Assembly (NCBI GenBank): GCA_031271345.1
Contig: JAISVX010000003.1
Span: 437,223-501,222 of the forward strand
From: Lactobacillaceae bacterium
GTDB lineage: Bacteria > Pseudomonadota > Alphaproteobacteria > RF32 > CAG-239
Length of the DNA: 64,000 nt
Direction of reading: 5' to 3'
How positions within the stretch are numbered: position 1 is the first letter of the stretch; every line of letters starts with the position of its first letter. A program made the translations under genes and the position numbers. The notes under the pieces are model-generated. The model saw only the letters and a program-made list of their open reading frames with translations, searched no databases and had not been told where the DNA came from. Positions 20,006 through 30,192 of the stretch are shown here, piece by piece.

Positions 20006-20899
20006 ATGCACTATATTTTAATAAGTTTTCTCAGACCGTTTTTCTTCTCTCTTGCAAACATAATCGAGGGCAAACTTGCCAATACGACATTTAAGAAAAC
20101 AACGACAATGATTTTCTACATATCATTGATGAACTTTGCATTTCTGCCGCTGCTTTTATTTTTGGGAAGACCGACAATTCCGTCTTTTGAGGTTTTCTGC
20201 ATGCTGGCTTTTATCGGCGCCGTTGAAACAACATATTTATATCCATATTATATGGCGGTTAAAAAAATTGATGTCTCAATCGTAACCGCGCTGTTTTCTC
20301 TGGGACAGATTTCCATTCCCATAATGTCATTTTTTATCCTCGGCGAAAAGCTTCTCCCAACTCAGTATTTAGGGTTTTTTATCATAATCATCACATCGAT
20401 AATCTTAAGCATTGATAACCTTAAAATGCCCAAGCTCAATAAAGCCTTTTACTATATGACGGGCGTTTCGCTGCTGCTCTCATTTTATATGATTGTCGAA
20501 AAAAATATTCTAAACATTGATGACAACTGGATAAACGTAGCTTTTTATCCAACGCTTATTTCAGGACTTATCCCCTCTGTTTTTCTGCTAAAAAAAGACT
20601 GCAGAAAAGACATCGTAAAAGCCTTTCCACTTTATAAGAAAAACTTCAAACTAATGACACTAAACGAGCTTATCTGCTTTGGGGCCATAGTTGCGACCGC
20701 TTATGGGCTATCAGGGTTATCGCCGGTTGTTCTTGCCTCAATTGCGGCAACCGTGCCGATTTTTACTTTGGTTATCAGCTATATTCTGACAAAAGCTTTT
20801 AACGTTTACTGTATAGAGACATTAACAAAAAAAATAGTGTCAAAAAAGCTTGCCTGTTTTTGTTTTATTATTGCCGGGGTTGCCCTGGCAATTGGATAG
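20006..20899 (+). CDS. DMT-superfamily (EamA-like) transporter, about 10 TM segments; start codon uncertain (ORF opens at 19922)
   Basis: Two EamA-like repeats, for example YPYYMAVKKIDVSIVTALFSLGQISIPIMSFFILGEKL. The 3' end overlaps the convergent M48 gene by 32 nt. Confidence 0.6.
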   Translation: MHYILISFLRPFFFSLANIIEGKLANTTFKKTTTMIFYISLMNFAFLPLLLFLGRPTIPSFEVFCMLAFIGAVETTYLYPYYMAVKKIDVSIVTALFSLGQISIPIMSFFILGEKLLPTQYLGFFIIIITSIILSIDNLKMPKLNKAFYYMTGVSLLLSFYMIVEKNILNIDDNWINVAFYPTLISGLIPSVFLLKKDCRKDIVKAFPLYKKNFKLMTLNELICFGAIVATAYGLSGLSPVVLASIAATVPIFTLVISYILTKAFNVYCIETLTKKIVSKKLACFCFIIAGVALAIG

Positions 20900-21815
20900 T
20901 TTCCTGAATAAATGATGTTCTTTCTTTCAAACCAAAATCTTTTTCCAAAAATGATATTTTCTCCGCCAGATTCTCTCTGCCGATATATCTGTCATTTTCA
21001 GGATGACGCTTTTTCCATGCGTTTGCTTTCGCGGCAAATTTTTCTATCCGCTGCTCTAAGCTCGGATGACTTTGAAAATAGTCTTCAAGAATACTTAAAT
21101 GCGCATTCCTGTTTATTCCGTCGTACTCCAGCAAACTTTTGAAAGAATTTGACACAGCCATAATATCATAAGGACTGTTTTTTATCACCTCAAACGCATA
21201 ATCATCCGCCTCAGCCTCCTGAGTCTTTGAATAAGAATGCCTAAGCAATATATTTTGAGCGACATCGGCAACCTTGCCCAAACTTCCAAGATTAAGCTTC
21301 TTGGTCAAAATTTCGAACTTTACGGCATTAAAACAATGAGAATTTTCTATATGCCCAACCTCATGAGCGATAATCGCCATAAGTTCGCTCTCGGACTTCA
21401 CCGTCTTTAAAAGCGGCTGGGTGACGACTACAGCTCCTCCAGGGAGGGCATACGCGTTGGCTTCAAAAGTCTCCTCAACAAAAATCTCATAGTCAAACTT
21501 CTTATGCTTTGCCCACTCGGCATTTCTAAGAAGAGAATTCAAATAAGTCCTGTCCTTTTCCAGATGAGGATAATTATACTGTCTGTATCTTTTCTTTATC
21601 TCGTCGCCCAGCTCTTTCTCATCCATGCCGTCTATCGGCAGAATACTGCCAATTCCCCTGTTAGCGGAAGAAGTAACATTGCCAACGACCTGAAACACAT
21701 TCGAGAATGATATTTCATTGTTCATTGATTTGTTGGAAGCGGCAATATTAAAAAACACCGCCGCTCCGACAAAAATAAATATAACCAGCAAAAATATCAG
21801 CTTTTTACTTTTCAT
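20868..21815 (-). CDS. M48-family Zn-metallopeptidase with an N-terminal signal/anchor
   Basis: 315 aa. AHEVGHIENSH is an HExxH motif, and QEAEADDYAFEV supplies the third-ligand EAEAD motif characteristic of M48. The N-terminal 25 aa are a hydrophobic helix. Its start overlaps the upstream DUF2339 gene by 11 nt. Confidence 0.7.
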   Translation of the reverse strand: MKSKKLIFLLVIFIFVGAAVFFNIAASNKSMNNEISFSNVFQVVGNVTSSANRGIGSILPIDGMDEKELGDEIKKRYRQYNYPHLEKDRTYLNSLLRNAEWAKHKKFDYEIFVEETFEANAYALPGGAVVVTQPLLKTVKSESELMAIIAHEVGHIENSHCFNAVKFEILTKKLNLGSLGKVADVAQNILLRHSYSKTQEAEADDYAFEVIKNSPYDIMAVSNSFKSLLEYDGINRNAHLSILEDYFQSHPSLEQRIEKFAAKANAWKKRHPENDRYIGRENLAEKISFLEKDFGLKERTSFIQETIQLPGQPRQ

Positions 21816-24681
21816 AGCGGTACTTATATTTATTATAAATAGCGTTCATAGTAATTAAGATACAGCCGATTATAATAAATATAACCGCCTTAATCAGAAA
21901 ATCCTGACCACGTAAATCAAAAAACATTATTCTTATAAAAATCCCCGCCACACCGTACATTGAAACGACCCTGTATTCAGACCTTCCGATTATGATGCTA
22001 ATCATAAATAAAACAAAGCATTCAACCATCCAAAGAACAGATAAAATCGATTTATCAAATCCTCTGTATAAGAAAAACGCTATTGCCAAGAACAATGGAT
22101 AAATCAAAACTCTGGCGTCATATTTAACAAGAAGAGACTTAACGCTTAAAGCAAGCTTGTTAAGAGCGGCAAGCTCATTGCCCTCAATAAACGCAAGCTT
22201 CCTGTATGCCGACAACGCGAATATAACGGATAAAACAACTGTTATCATGCTTCTAAACCAAACCTGGTCATAAATAAGCCTTGACGGCGTCGCTGATGAC
22301 GAAGAAACGAAACCAACGTTTGCCAGCGCGATAAAAAACAACAAAAAACTGTACATTGTAACCCGATTATAACTGCCGAGCTTAGGACCGACAAACAGCG
22401 AAACAAGAGCAAGAATCGCAAACGCGGTGCCTTGTTCAACTATTCTTACTTCCGCAAAAATATAAAATGAAGCCAAAACCAAAAAGGCTTCAAGCATTCC
22501 GTTTATACATTTTTTTATATATTCGCCATTGAGTTTGGTTCCAAAAACCATCCAGTATACCAAAGCCAGCAAGCTTAATATCTCCGTTGCAAATCTTGCG
22601 GGCAGAACATCTAGAAGCATTGTATGATTGCCCAAGTCAACCAGGCAAAAACGAACAATAAATAATATGAAGCTTACTTTTGACAACATTGTAATCAAAT
22701 ATGCCGGACTTCCTTTTTCACCTGCGGGAACAGTATTTTTCCATAAAATTTCTTTTATATCGCTTCCAATAAGAAAAACAAGAAGCCACAGCACGCTTGT
22801 AAGCATTGTCGAATATGGAATGGTAAACTTATACGCCGCAAACATCAATAACGACCACAGAATTAGAATTCCCGATTTATAAGAATGGCGCTTAAGCTTC
22901 TCAGACCAGCTAAATCTCAGCATAGCCGCTCCTGTTATAATAACAATCGCGGCAAGTTCAACGTTTATCCATAAGTCGTATTTTTTGAAATAAATCAATA
23001 TCATATAATACGCGCTTGTTACAATAGCTATAAAAGCCACCGTGCTGTCAACAAGAGCATTTTTATAATATCCCTTAAAGAATATTGCCGACAGCCCCAT
23101 CAAAAATGCCGCTATAAACCATATACCGTTTGAAAGCGCAATTGCCGACGTCAGGTAAGCCGCGGTAATTATGTGCAGGGCAAAAAACAGATTCATAAAT
23201 GTTGACGTGCCTTTTTGCGCGGTGTCATCAATTTCAAAACCATAAGCCTCTCTTCTTGCAAAATTCTCTATAGACGGATACAAAACAATATTTACAACAT
23301 AGCTTGTGATAATATACATAAACATTTCCTTGTCTACTGTCTCGCTAAGGAAAAGAAGCGGTATAAAGACAATATAGCCGATAAGGACCACAAAGTTATT
23401 TATATTAAATACCATCTTGTTTTTTACATAAGTATTCAGCTTTAAGAATATTACCGAGAAAATAGAAGCATAAAATGCCATTTGATAATATTCAAAATCA
23501 AATTTATAAAGCGAAGTGCAGGTTAAAACGCCCAAAGCCAGCGATACCATCCTATCGCATACATAAAGCCACTCCGCTTTAATTTTATTGCCATAGTAAG
23601 AGAGAGCAAACGTTGCAAAAGCGCCTATTCCCAAGCCTATTGTACTCCAAATGCTTCCTCTGGAATGAATATAAAGATTTATACCAAGCGCTGCCCAAAT
23701 TATAATATGGCTTATTAACGCCTTATTGTCCCAGCCCTGATATATTTTGCGATAATGGCTGAGAATACACGGCAAAGCAACAAATAAACATAAGGCGATA
23801 GTCAGCGCGTATGGCGACGGCCAAACAGTATAATAGTTCATAGCCCAAAAAATATTAAGCAGCATAAAAGACGCGTTTACCACCGCTATATGAACATCCC
23901 ACTTCCTGCTGCCCAGCGTCATTAACATGCCGATAAAACAGATTGCCGCCGCAATTACAAACGACAAGTATGTAAACGGAATCAACAGTAGAGCAAACAA
24001 ACTTAACACAACATGAACCGTTGCAAACAGCTCTTTTTTGCTTAAAGCGCCAAAAGCAATATTTACAAAAACACCCAAAACAATAAACAGCCATGCCTGC
24101 ATATCGTCATATATCCACTTCATGTATGTAAACTGGGAAGCGCCTATACATCCGACAAGAAAAACGACTCCCGAGGCAGTTCTCAGCCATAGAGCGATAC
24201 TTTCCCAAAAAGAATATCTTTTCAATGACAAATACAAACCATAGAAAAACACGGAAAAGCCGCAAACAACTATAAACCGCGCGAGTGGTCCCATATTAAT
24301 CGCGGCGTAAATCGCCAAAAAGATTATACCGATTATAACTGCGGTAACGCCTATAACTCCTGTAGCATTTCCGGCAAAAAGTTTTTCAAGTTTTGCCCAA
24401 AAAGACACTTTCTCTTCGACGCGGGGAGATTTTGGCTGTTTTGGCGCCGCCGGCTTTTTAACCGACTCACGAACTACTTCTTCAATAATTATTTCAGCTT
24501 TCTTTTCTTCAATAATCATCTCAGCCTTAACCTTATTAGTTTTTGCCTGTCCTTTGAGAGCCTGTTTCATATTGGCAAGCTCATCCTCAAGCTTATTAAT
24601 TCTTAGATTGGCTTTATTAATGGAGCCATTAATCGAGATAACCGCTAAGAAAAACACCACTACCAGTATAGATACTACCAT
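21805..24681 (-). CDS. DUF2339-like large polytopic membrane protein
   Basis: 958 aa. It has an N-terminal TM segment, then a coiled coil (NKLEDELANMKQALKGQAK), then a Pro/Lys-rich linker (KKPAAPKQPKSPRVEEK), then at least 25 hydrophobic helices. No catalytic motif is recognisable. Confidence 0.55.
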   Translation of the reverse strand: MVVSILVVVFFLAVISINGSINKANLRINKLEDELANMKQALKGQAKTNKVKAEMIIEEKKAEIIIEEVVRESVKKPAAPKQPKSPRVEEKVSFWAKLEKLFAGNATGVIGVTAVIIGIIFLAIYAAINMGPLARFIVVCGFSVFFYGLYLSLKRYSFWESIALWLRTASGVVFLVGCIGASQFTYMKWIYDDMQAWLFIVLGVFVNIAFGALSKKELFATVHVVLSLFALLLIPFTYLSFVIAAAICFIGMLMTLGSRKWDVHIAVVNASFMLLNIFWAMNYYTVWPSPYALTIALCLFVALPCILSHYRKIYQGWDNKALISHIIIWAALGINLYIHSRGSIWSTIGLGIGAFATFALSYYGNKIKAEWLYVCDRMVSLALGVLTCTSLYKFDFEYYQMAFYASIFSVIFLKLNTYVKNKMVFNINNFVVLIGYIVFIPLLFLSETVDKEMFMYIITSYVVNIVLYPSIENFARREAYGFEIDDTAQKGTSTFMNLFFALHIITAAYLTSAIALSNGIWFIAAFLMGLSAIFFKGYYKNALVDSTVAFIAIVTSAYYMILIYFKKYDLWINVELAAIVIITGAAMLRFSWSEKLKRHSYKSGILILWSLLMFAAYKFTIPYSTMLTSVLWLLVFLIGSDIKEILWKNTVPAGEKGSPAYLITMLSKVSFILFIVRFCLVDLGNHTMLLDVLPARFATEILSLLALVYWMVFGTKLNGEYIKKCINGMLEAFLVLASFYIFAEVRIVEQGTAFAILALVSLFVGPKLGSYNRVTMYSFLLFFIALANVGFVSSSSATPSRLIYDQVWFRSMITVVLSVIFALSAYRKLAFIEGNELAALNKLALSVKSLLVKYDARVLIYPLFLAIAFFLYRGFDKSILSVLWMVECFVLFMISIIIGRSEYRVVSMYGVAGIFIRIMFFDLRGQDFLIKAVIFIIIGCILITMNAIYNKYKYRYEK

Positions 24682-24698
24682 TTAACCATCTTTCAGAA

Positions 24699-27600
24699 TT
24701 ATTTATTGTTCCAAACAGAATCTTTAACGTATGCGCTGAAACCCCATTTAATCCATTTAACAAAATATACTGCCAGCCATGTAGACCAGATAACCATGAA
24801 ACACCTATACATCCATACAGGCAAAGATATGATTTTTGGCATTGGCAAAGCCCCCATTGTTACATCCTGATACCATGTAAGCTTTAAAAACTCTCCAGAA
24901 ACATAAGAGTTTCCAGTAATCCTCATGCTCCAGCTGCCGAGCAAGCCGCTGTATATTCCGCTAAACAAGCTGTATACGAACAACAATGTTAAAAAAGGTA
25001 TTGCCAGCTGGAATAATTTCTTAAACTTAAGCCCATCGGAAAATTTGTCTCTGACGCCTAAAGCAATGAACCATATTATGATTATAACCATAAACAGCAG
25101 GCTGGTCTGGGTTAAACCCAAAAGCAGGATAAACCACTGGGCAAAGCTCAACGGAGCAGCTTTATATCTGCTTAAAACAAAAGCGATAATCAGCCATGCC
25201 GGTATCATGCTCCAAAACAGTACGGAAGGTCCTTTAGTTGGTCCGCTGGTAAATAAAACCCATCTGCTCAAAGGCACCTGCGCCGATTGTGTTATATTAA
25301 CCGCAGGAGCTGTTAAATCAAACTCTGGAAACTTGACATAACTGCCTAGTTTGTTCTTTATTGACGCCTTGAAGGAAATGCTGTTGCTTCCTTGAACGAC
25401 AGGAACGGCAAGTTTATTGCCGTTAACTGTCACTGGATATTGTCTGCCCTCAACAATAAGCTCCTTAACCTCTGCGTTTTCAGGGATTGTAATATCGTGA
25501 ACCCCCGCGTCGGACGCTCTCATATTAAGCGATATATTCGCGTCAATAACGCCTCTTCCATAAGAAATATTGTAGTCAACCTTATCAAAGGTAATAACAT
25601 ATCCGTCAACATTGCTTGGTCTGAAGATTTTAAACTCCAAACTTTCTCCGGCATTTGGCTTGAACGAAATATTATTATCATTTGAAACAGTTGGAGTCAG
25701 ACCAGAATATTTAAAACTCCAGGTATAATCAACATTAAAAGTCCACTCTTCTTTATAATTATTAATTTTTACCGGCGATTTTAAGATAATGTCCTGCTCC
25801 ACGGGAAGAAGAGAAACAAAGCTTTTTGCACTCTCTCTCGGCGCAAAGGAGATTCTAATTTTTCCAGATGTCAGCGTGCCGTCGGTATCAATTACTTTTT
25901 CACCTTCAAGCAAGGGAACCTCAATAGTCGCAGCTTCCGACAGGTTATTTGTTCGAACGACATTGGTTGAAACCTGCCACATCGCGCTAATATCAAAGTT
26001 TCTTTTTACGACAAAGAAAGTATCAATATCCATTTTTGACAACTCTGATGTTTTTCTTACAGCCGCAACTTTTTTCATACGGTTAATTTGAAAAGTCTGG
26101 CTGCCGGATTTATTTTCGCTAAATGACAAACCGTCAAGTTTTCCTTCCGCATGATTAATTCTAATCTTTGACGAAAGTATGAACCTATCGGTGTTTTCAT
26201 CCAGCACATAGTTCATCTCAATATCGTTAATACCCTTATTTATTAAAACGAAAATGCCGTCGTCTTTTTTCAAAGTATTTTTGGCTTCCGCTTTATTAAG
26301 ATTAATGCCGCTGAGTCTTACAAAACCAGAGCCGTCCGCTCTAAGAACAGGCAGCGGAACCACCAGAGTTTCGTTACTGTGAAAGTTTATTTTAACCGTA
26401 ACATTATCGCCATTATTATAAATCACGCCGTCAGGAATAGAAACGCATTCAGGCAGACATGAAGGCACATATTCTCTGGTCAGTTTATCCTCCATTTTCT
26501 TTATGACTTCGCTTGAAGGAATTATATCTTCAGCCTTTGCGTTTAAAGGGTTAAGAAGCATTAAGCCTAAGATAGAAGCCGTGAAAAGTTTTTTCATAAC
26601 GCCGTTTCCTTTTTCACCAAAATTAGGTTTTACATTTTTTGCGTCAAACAGCCAAATCAGAGCAAATATAACCAAAGCTGCTCTTAAAAAGGCTAAAATG
26701 ATGTTTACGCATGGCGACAATAGATAAAGCTTAAAATTATCTCCCTCAACAACAGGACCTTTGATAAACAGTCTTATCGACGAGTTGTAATCGCTCCATG
26801 TCGGAAATCCCACGCCGGTTTGAGCGACGTTTCTCGCAACATTTATGCTTTGATATTTTTTCATGCTGGAATCATTAAGAAGTTTCTGGTTCAGGTTTGA
26901 CGCTTTATTTTTTGCGAGACCGGCAATCGATTTTTTAAGGTCGCCTCTTTCTTTATAATATCCGTCGTCATAGTCATAATCAGCCGCTGCCATTTCCTCG
27001 ACAAACTCATAAGACTGTGCAACCATGGGAGCCGAAGATCTCATTACGCCGCTCACGCCATAAGATCCGCCTCCGGCAAAGGTGTTATCGGCATATCCCG
27101 TTACACCCATATAGTAAATTCCGTTTATAACCGCAAAAACAACTGCCGAACAAATAAAAGTTATAATAAACACGCCGATTGTGTATAAAACTTTTCGCCA
27201 TGTCTCATAAGTATGATTTGCAAATATTCTGTATATTATATATCCAACCAAAGAATATACATAAAAATAGATAAGGAACTTATAGCTTATAAATACCATA
27301 AACATTGATCCCATACCCATATCTAAAGATGGATATATTGCCCCTCTAAGATGTTTTACAACAAATACAAACACCGCGATTGATAAAAATGCAAGCAGCG
27401 TATATCTGATATAAGAAACAAAACCGTATATTTTTATGTCGGGCTTAATGTTCCTCTGCAGGAATAAAAGACCGCAAAGCACAAACGCAAGCGTTGTAAA
27501 CTGCGGAAATATCGGGTGCAGCAATGCCAAAAGAACCAATCCTAAAAAGGCTCTTGCAAAACCAAACAGATAGAAGAAACACACTGTAAGCAAAGCTACA

Positions 27601-29063
27601 ATAAACACGCTGAGCAGGTTCCAGTTGCTTACCCATGAATTTGAAACCGTATCCACTCCAGAAGCATAAAACAGCTTATATCCGGGAGCCAGCTCTAAAT
27701 TCCAGCTGACATTATTAAACTCTCTGTCATATCCTGCCGCCGGTATGCTTTTTTCATTCTCAACCCTTAGAACATTTGTAATATTCACCTGTCCTTTTCT
27801 AACCTCTATCCCAGGCTCCTTGTTTTGAGAAGTATATGTAATCGCCTGAGGCTCGGAATTTATGCTTGAAGAATAAAACTTAAACGGAGGTTTCAATAAA
27901 AGCCTGCCGTCTTCTTTAAAGTCCGCGTTTATATTGTCTTGAATAGAATAAAAACTGCCGTCGAAAGAAAGCTTGATATTTCTGTTTAAGACTAAGCTGT
28001 CCAGATTTTTATTATCATAGCTTATGGCTTTTAAGGTAAAACTTTGGTTTTTGTTAACCTCATAGGCTGGAAGCCTTTTCCACTCGCTGGGCATAGGAAC
28101 ATTTTGTGTTTGAACGCTGTGCAGACTCAATGGAGCCTGAATAACTCTTCTTGATTTATCGCTTTCAAAAACCCAAATCTCCTGCTCAACGGGAGAATTA
28201 TCCAAAACAAAATCCAAACTATCATTATTTTGGCGCAGCATAATATCAACATTTGAATAACCGGGTTTAACCTCGGCAATCAAATCTCCATTTTTTTGAA
28301 CATATATGGATAAACTGGAGTTAATGCTGGATAGAGAAAAGTTCTGGGGAATAATCCTGCCAAGGTTCTCAACCCTTTCTTTTCCCGTTACATTAAGGTT
28401 CAGCCTGACAGTCATCATAACGGGAATATTATCGGTAATTTTTCTGTAAACAAAAACGCTTAAATCATCTGTTTCGCTTTTAGCTGTCGACTGGGTTTCC
28501 AAACGCAGAACGCCGCTGTAATCAATAGCCGGGTTGGCAACGGCAATACCTTGTTTTTTAATGTTTAGTATCGCGGCATTATTGGGAATAAACAAATATC
28601 TGACTTCTTCTTTAGATTTTAATTTACCCTCAATTTTATATTCGCCCTTATCAAGGTAGACATAAGGTCTTCCGGCGCGCGAGATTATATTCATATTTTT
28701 GCCGTCAACCCAGACATTTACAGGAAAAACCTCTACAGAGCCTGGAAGCAGAACATATCCTTTATCCAAGATTTTAACATCTTGAACAAAATCCGCCTCT
28801 TTTCCATTAATATCAATATCAAGATTTGAAATATAATAACAGTATTTATCATTATAGTTATTATACGCAAAGTCGCATTTGCTCTTTTCCGTACCGTCCA
28901 AACTCCATACCGTCCAGTCTTTCAGAACATTTGGAAGATTTTCTTTAACAAAAACCTCTGGTTTTTTAGGCTCCAGAACAAAAGAAGAATCCGCAGACGC
29001 ATGATTAGCCAATACTGTAAAAGACAGTAAAAGAGCTAAAGATAAAGCTATAATTTTTCGCAT
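24699..29063 (-). CDS. Giant (1454 aa) exported polytopic membrane protein, probably a fusion of two ancestral genes
   Basis: A signal peptide MRKIIALSLALLLSFTVLANHASA is followed by a ~460-aa hydrophilic beta-rich region, a TM cluster (residues 480-660), a second TM segment (780-806), then an internal signal-peptide-like MKKLFTASILGLMLLNPLNAKA at residue 823 preceded by an AAGGA ribosome-binding site, a ~420-aa hydrophilic region and a C-terminal TM bundle. No known catalytic motif is visible. Confidence 0.5.
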   Translation of the reverse strand: MRKIIALSLALLLSFTVLANHASADSSFVLEPKKPEVFVKENLPNVLKDWTVWSLDGTEKSKCDFAYNNYNDKYCYYISNLDIDINGKEADFVQDVKILDKGYVLLPGSVEVFPVNVWVDGKNMNIISRAGRPYVYLDKGEYKIEGKLKSKEEVRYLFIPNNAAILNIKKQGIAVANPAIDYSGVLRLETQSTAKSETDDLSVFVYRKITDNIPVMMTVRLNLNVTGKERVENLGRIIPQNFSLSSINSSLSIYVQKNGDLIAEVKPGYSNVDIMLRQNNDSLDFVLDNSPVEQEIWVFESDKSRRVIQAPLSLHSVQTQNVPMPSEWKRLPAYEVNKNQSFTLKAISYDNKNLDSLVLNRNIKLSFDGSFYSIQDNINADFKEDGRLLLKPPFKFYSSSINSEPQAITYTSQNKEPGIEVRKGQVNITNVLRVENEKSIPAAGYDREFNNVSWNLELAPGYKLFYASGVDTVSNSWVSNWNLLSVFIVALLTVCFFYLFGFARAFLGLVLLALLHPIFPQFTTLAFVLCGLLFLQRNIKPDIKIYGFVSYIRYTLLAFLSIAVFVFVVKHLRGAIYPSLDMGMGSMFMVFISYKFLIYFYVYSLVGYIIYRIFANHTYETWRKVLYTIGVFIITFICSAVVFAVINGIYYMGVTGYADNTFAGGGSYGVSGVMRSSAPMVAQSYEFVEEMAAADYDYDDGYYKERGDLKKSIAGLAKNKASNLNQKLLNDSSMKKYQSINVARNVAQTGVGFPTWSDYNSSIRLFIKGPVVEGDNFKLYLLSPCVNIILAFLRAALVIFALIWLFDAKNVKPNFGEKGNGVMKKLFTASILGLMLLNPLNAKAEDIIPSSEVIKKMEDKLTREYVPSCLPECVSIPDGVIYNNGDNVTVKINFHSNETLVVPLPVLRADGSGFVRLSGINLNKAEAKNTLKKDDGIFVLINKGINDIEMNYVLDENTDRFILSSKIRINHAEGKLDGLSFSENKSGSQTFQINRMKKVAAVRKTSELSKMDIDTFFVVKRNFDISAMWQVSTNVVRTNNLSEAATIEVPLLEGEKVIDTDGTLTSGKIRISFAPRESAKSFVSLLPVEQDIILKSPVKINNYKEEWTFNVDYTWSFKYSGLTPTVSNDNNISFKPNAGESLEFKIFRPSNVDGYVITFDKVDYNISYGRGVIDANISLNMRASDAGVHDITIPENAEVKELIVEGRQYPVTVNGNKLAVPVVQGSNSISFKASIKNKLGSYVKFPEFDLTAPAVNITQSAQVPLSRWVLFTSGPTKGPSVLFWSMIPAWLIIAFVLSRYKAAPLSFAQWFILLLGLTQTSLLFMVIIIIWFIALGVRDKFSDGLKFKKLFQLAIPFLTLLFVYSLFSGIYSGLLGSWSMRITGNSYVSGEFLKLTWYQDVTMGALPMPKIISLPVWMYRCFMVIWSTWLAVYFVKWIKWGFSAYVKDSVWNNK

Positions 29064-29098
29064 TTTCCAACCCCGTAAAAGTTAATAATCTGTTAAAA

Positions 29099-29126
29099 AG
29101 TATAATGAACTAATAAATATATTCAA
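29099..29126 (-). promoter_or_regulatory. Candidate sigma70 promoter for the giant-protein/DUF2339/M48 operon
   Basis: On the minus strand, TTGAAT (plus-strand 29121-29126), a 16-nt spacer, then TATACT (29099-29104). It lies about 38 nt upstream of the ATG at 29063. Confidence 0.3.
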
Positions 29127-29206
29127 ATAAAACATTAAGTTTTACAGAGTTTTAAACTATTGCTGATAACATGTTGAACATGACATATTTTTTAAGGTCT
29201 TAAATA

Positions 29207-29710
29207 ATGAAAAAGCTGATTATCGTCATTTTGTTCTGCTTGTTTACAAACTCTAACTCCTTTTCTAACGAGGTTAATATGGCTGGTGATGTTGATAAAA
29301 TTTTAATCATTAAATCAGAACGCAAAATGTATCTTATGAGCAAAGAAAAGCAGATTAAAGAATATGACGTATCTTTAGGATTTGCACCTATAGGACATAA
29401 GGTTCGGCAAGGTGACGGAAAAACGCCGGAAGGCATTTACAAAATTTCGGGACGCAACCCTAAAAGCTCATATCATTTATCTTTAAGAATTTCGTATCCA
29501 AACGAAGAGGACAAGAGAAAAGCAGAGGAGCTTGGCGTTGACCCCGGAGGAGACATTATGATTCACGGTCTGCCCAACAGCATGCCGCATTTGGGCAGGC
29601 TGCATTTATTAAACGACTGGACATTAGGATGTATTGCTGTTACAAATAAAGAAATAAAAGAAATATGGAATACCGTTCCTAACGGCGTAACAGTAGAAAT
29701 AAAACCATAG
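29207..29710 (+). CDS. L,D-transpeptidase (YkuD catalytic domain), exported
   Basis: Signal peptide, then HKVRQGDGKTPEGIYKI...IMIHG...TLGCIAV with the catalytic His and Cys motifs. Confidence 0.75.
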   Translation: MKKLIIVILFCLFTNSNSFSNEVNMAGDVDKILIIKSERKMYLMSKEKQIKEYDVSLGFAPIGHKVRQGDGKTPEGIYKISGRNPKSSYHLSLRISYPNEEDKRKAEELGVDPGGDIMIHGLPNSMPHLGRLHLLNDWTLGCIAVTNKEIKEIWNTVPNGVTVEIKP

Positions 29711-29725
29711 TTCGAGAGGCATGAA

Positions 29726-30187
29726 ATGGTCAAAAAAGCAATTGTTTTTAGTTTATTTTTCTTAATTCTCGGCTCATTGAGCGGTTTTATCACCGACGAA
29801 GCGGTGTTAAGCGGATGGTATAACCAGCTTAACAAACCATTAATAACCCCGCCAAACTGGATTTTTACGCCGATGTGGTTTGCAATATACGTGCTGATGG
29901 GGTTTTCTATTGCGATAATATATGATACAAACACTCAATATACCAATCCGGCTTTAGTGTTTTTTGGCTTCAGCTTCATATTCAACATACTATGGACCGT
30001 AATTTTCTTTGTCATACAGTCTCTTGATATAGCGTTCATCAACATTATAGTAATTGATATAACGCTTATAGTGAGCATATACTACTTTTATAAAATTGAT
30101 AAAAAAGCATTTTATCTTTTGCTTCCATACGCGGCATGGATTCTATTTGCGACATATTTAAGCGCATACATAAGTATTTATAACTAA
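29726..30187 (+). CDS. tspO: TspO/MBR family tryptophan-rich sensory protein
   Basis: 153 aa with 5 TM segments. WYNQLNKPLITPPNWIFTPMWFAIYVLMG is the TspO signature. Confidence 0.75.
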   Translation: MVKKAIVFSLFFLILGSLSGFITDEAVLSGWYNQLNKPLITPPNWIFTPMWFAIYVLMGFSIAIIYDTNTQYTNPALVFFGFSFIFNILWTVIFFVIQSLDIAFINIIVIDITLIVSIYYFYKIDKKAFYLLLPYAAWILFATYLSAYISIYN

Positions 30188-30192
30188 AAAGC

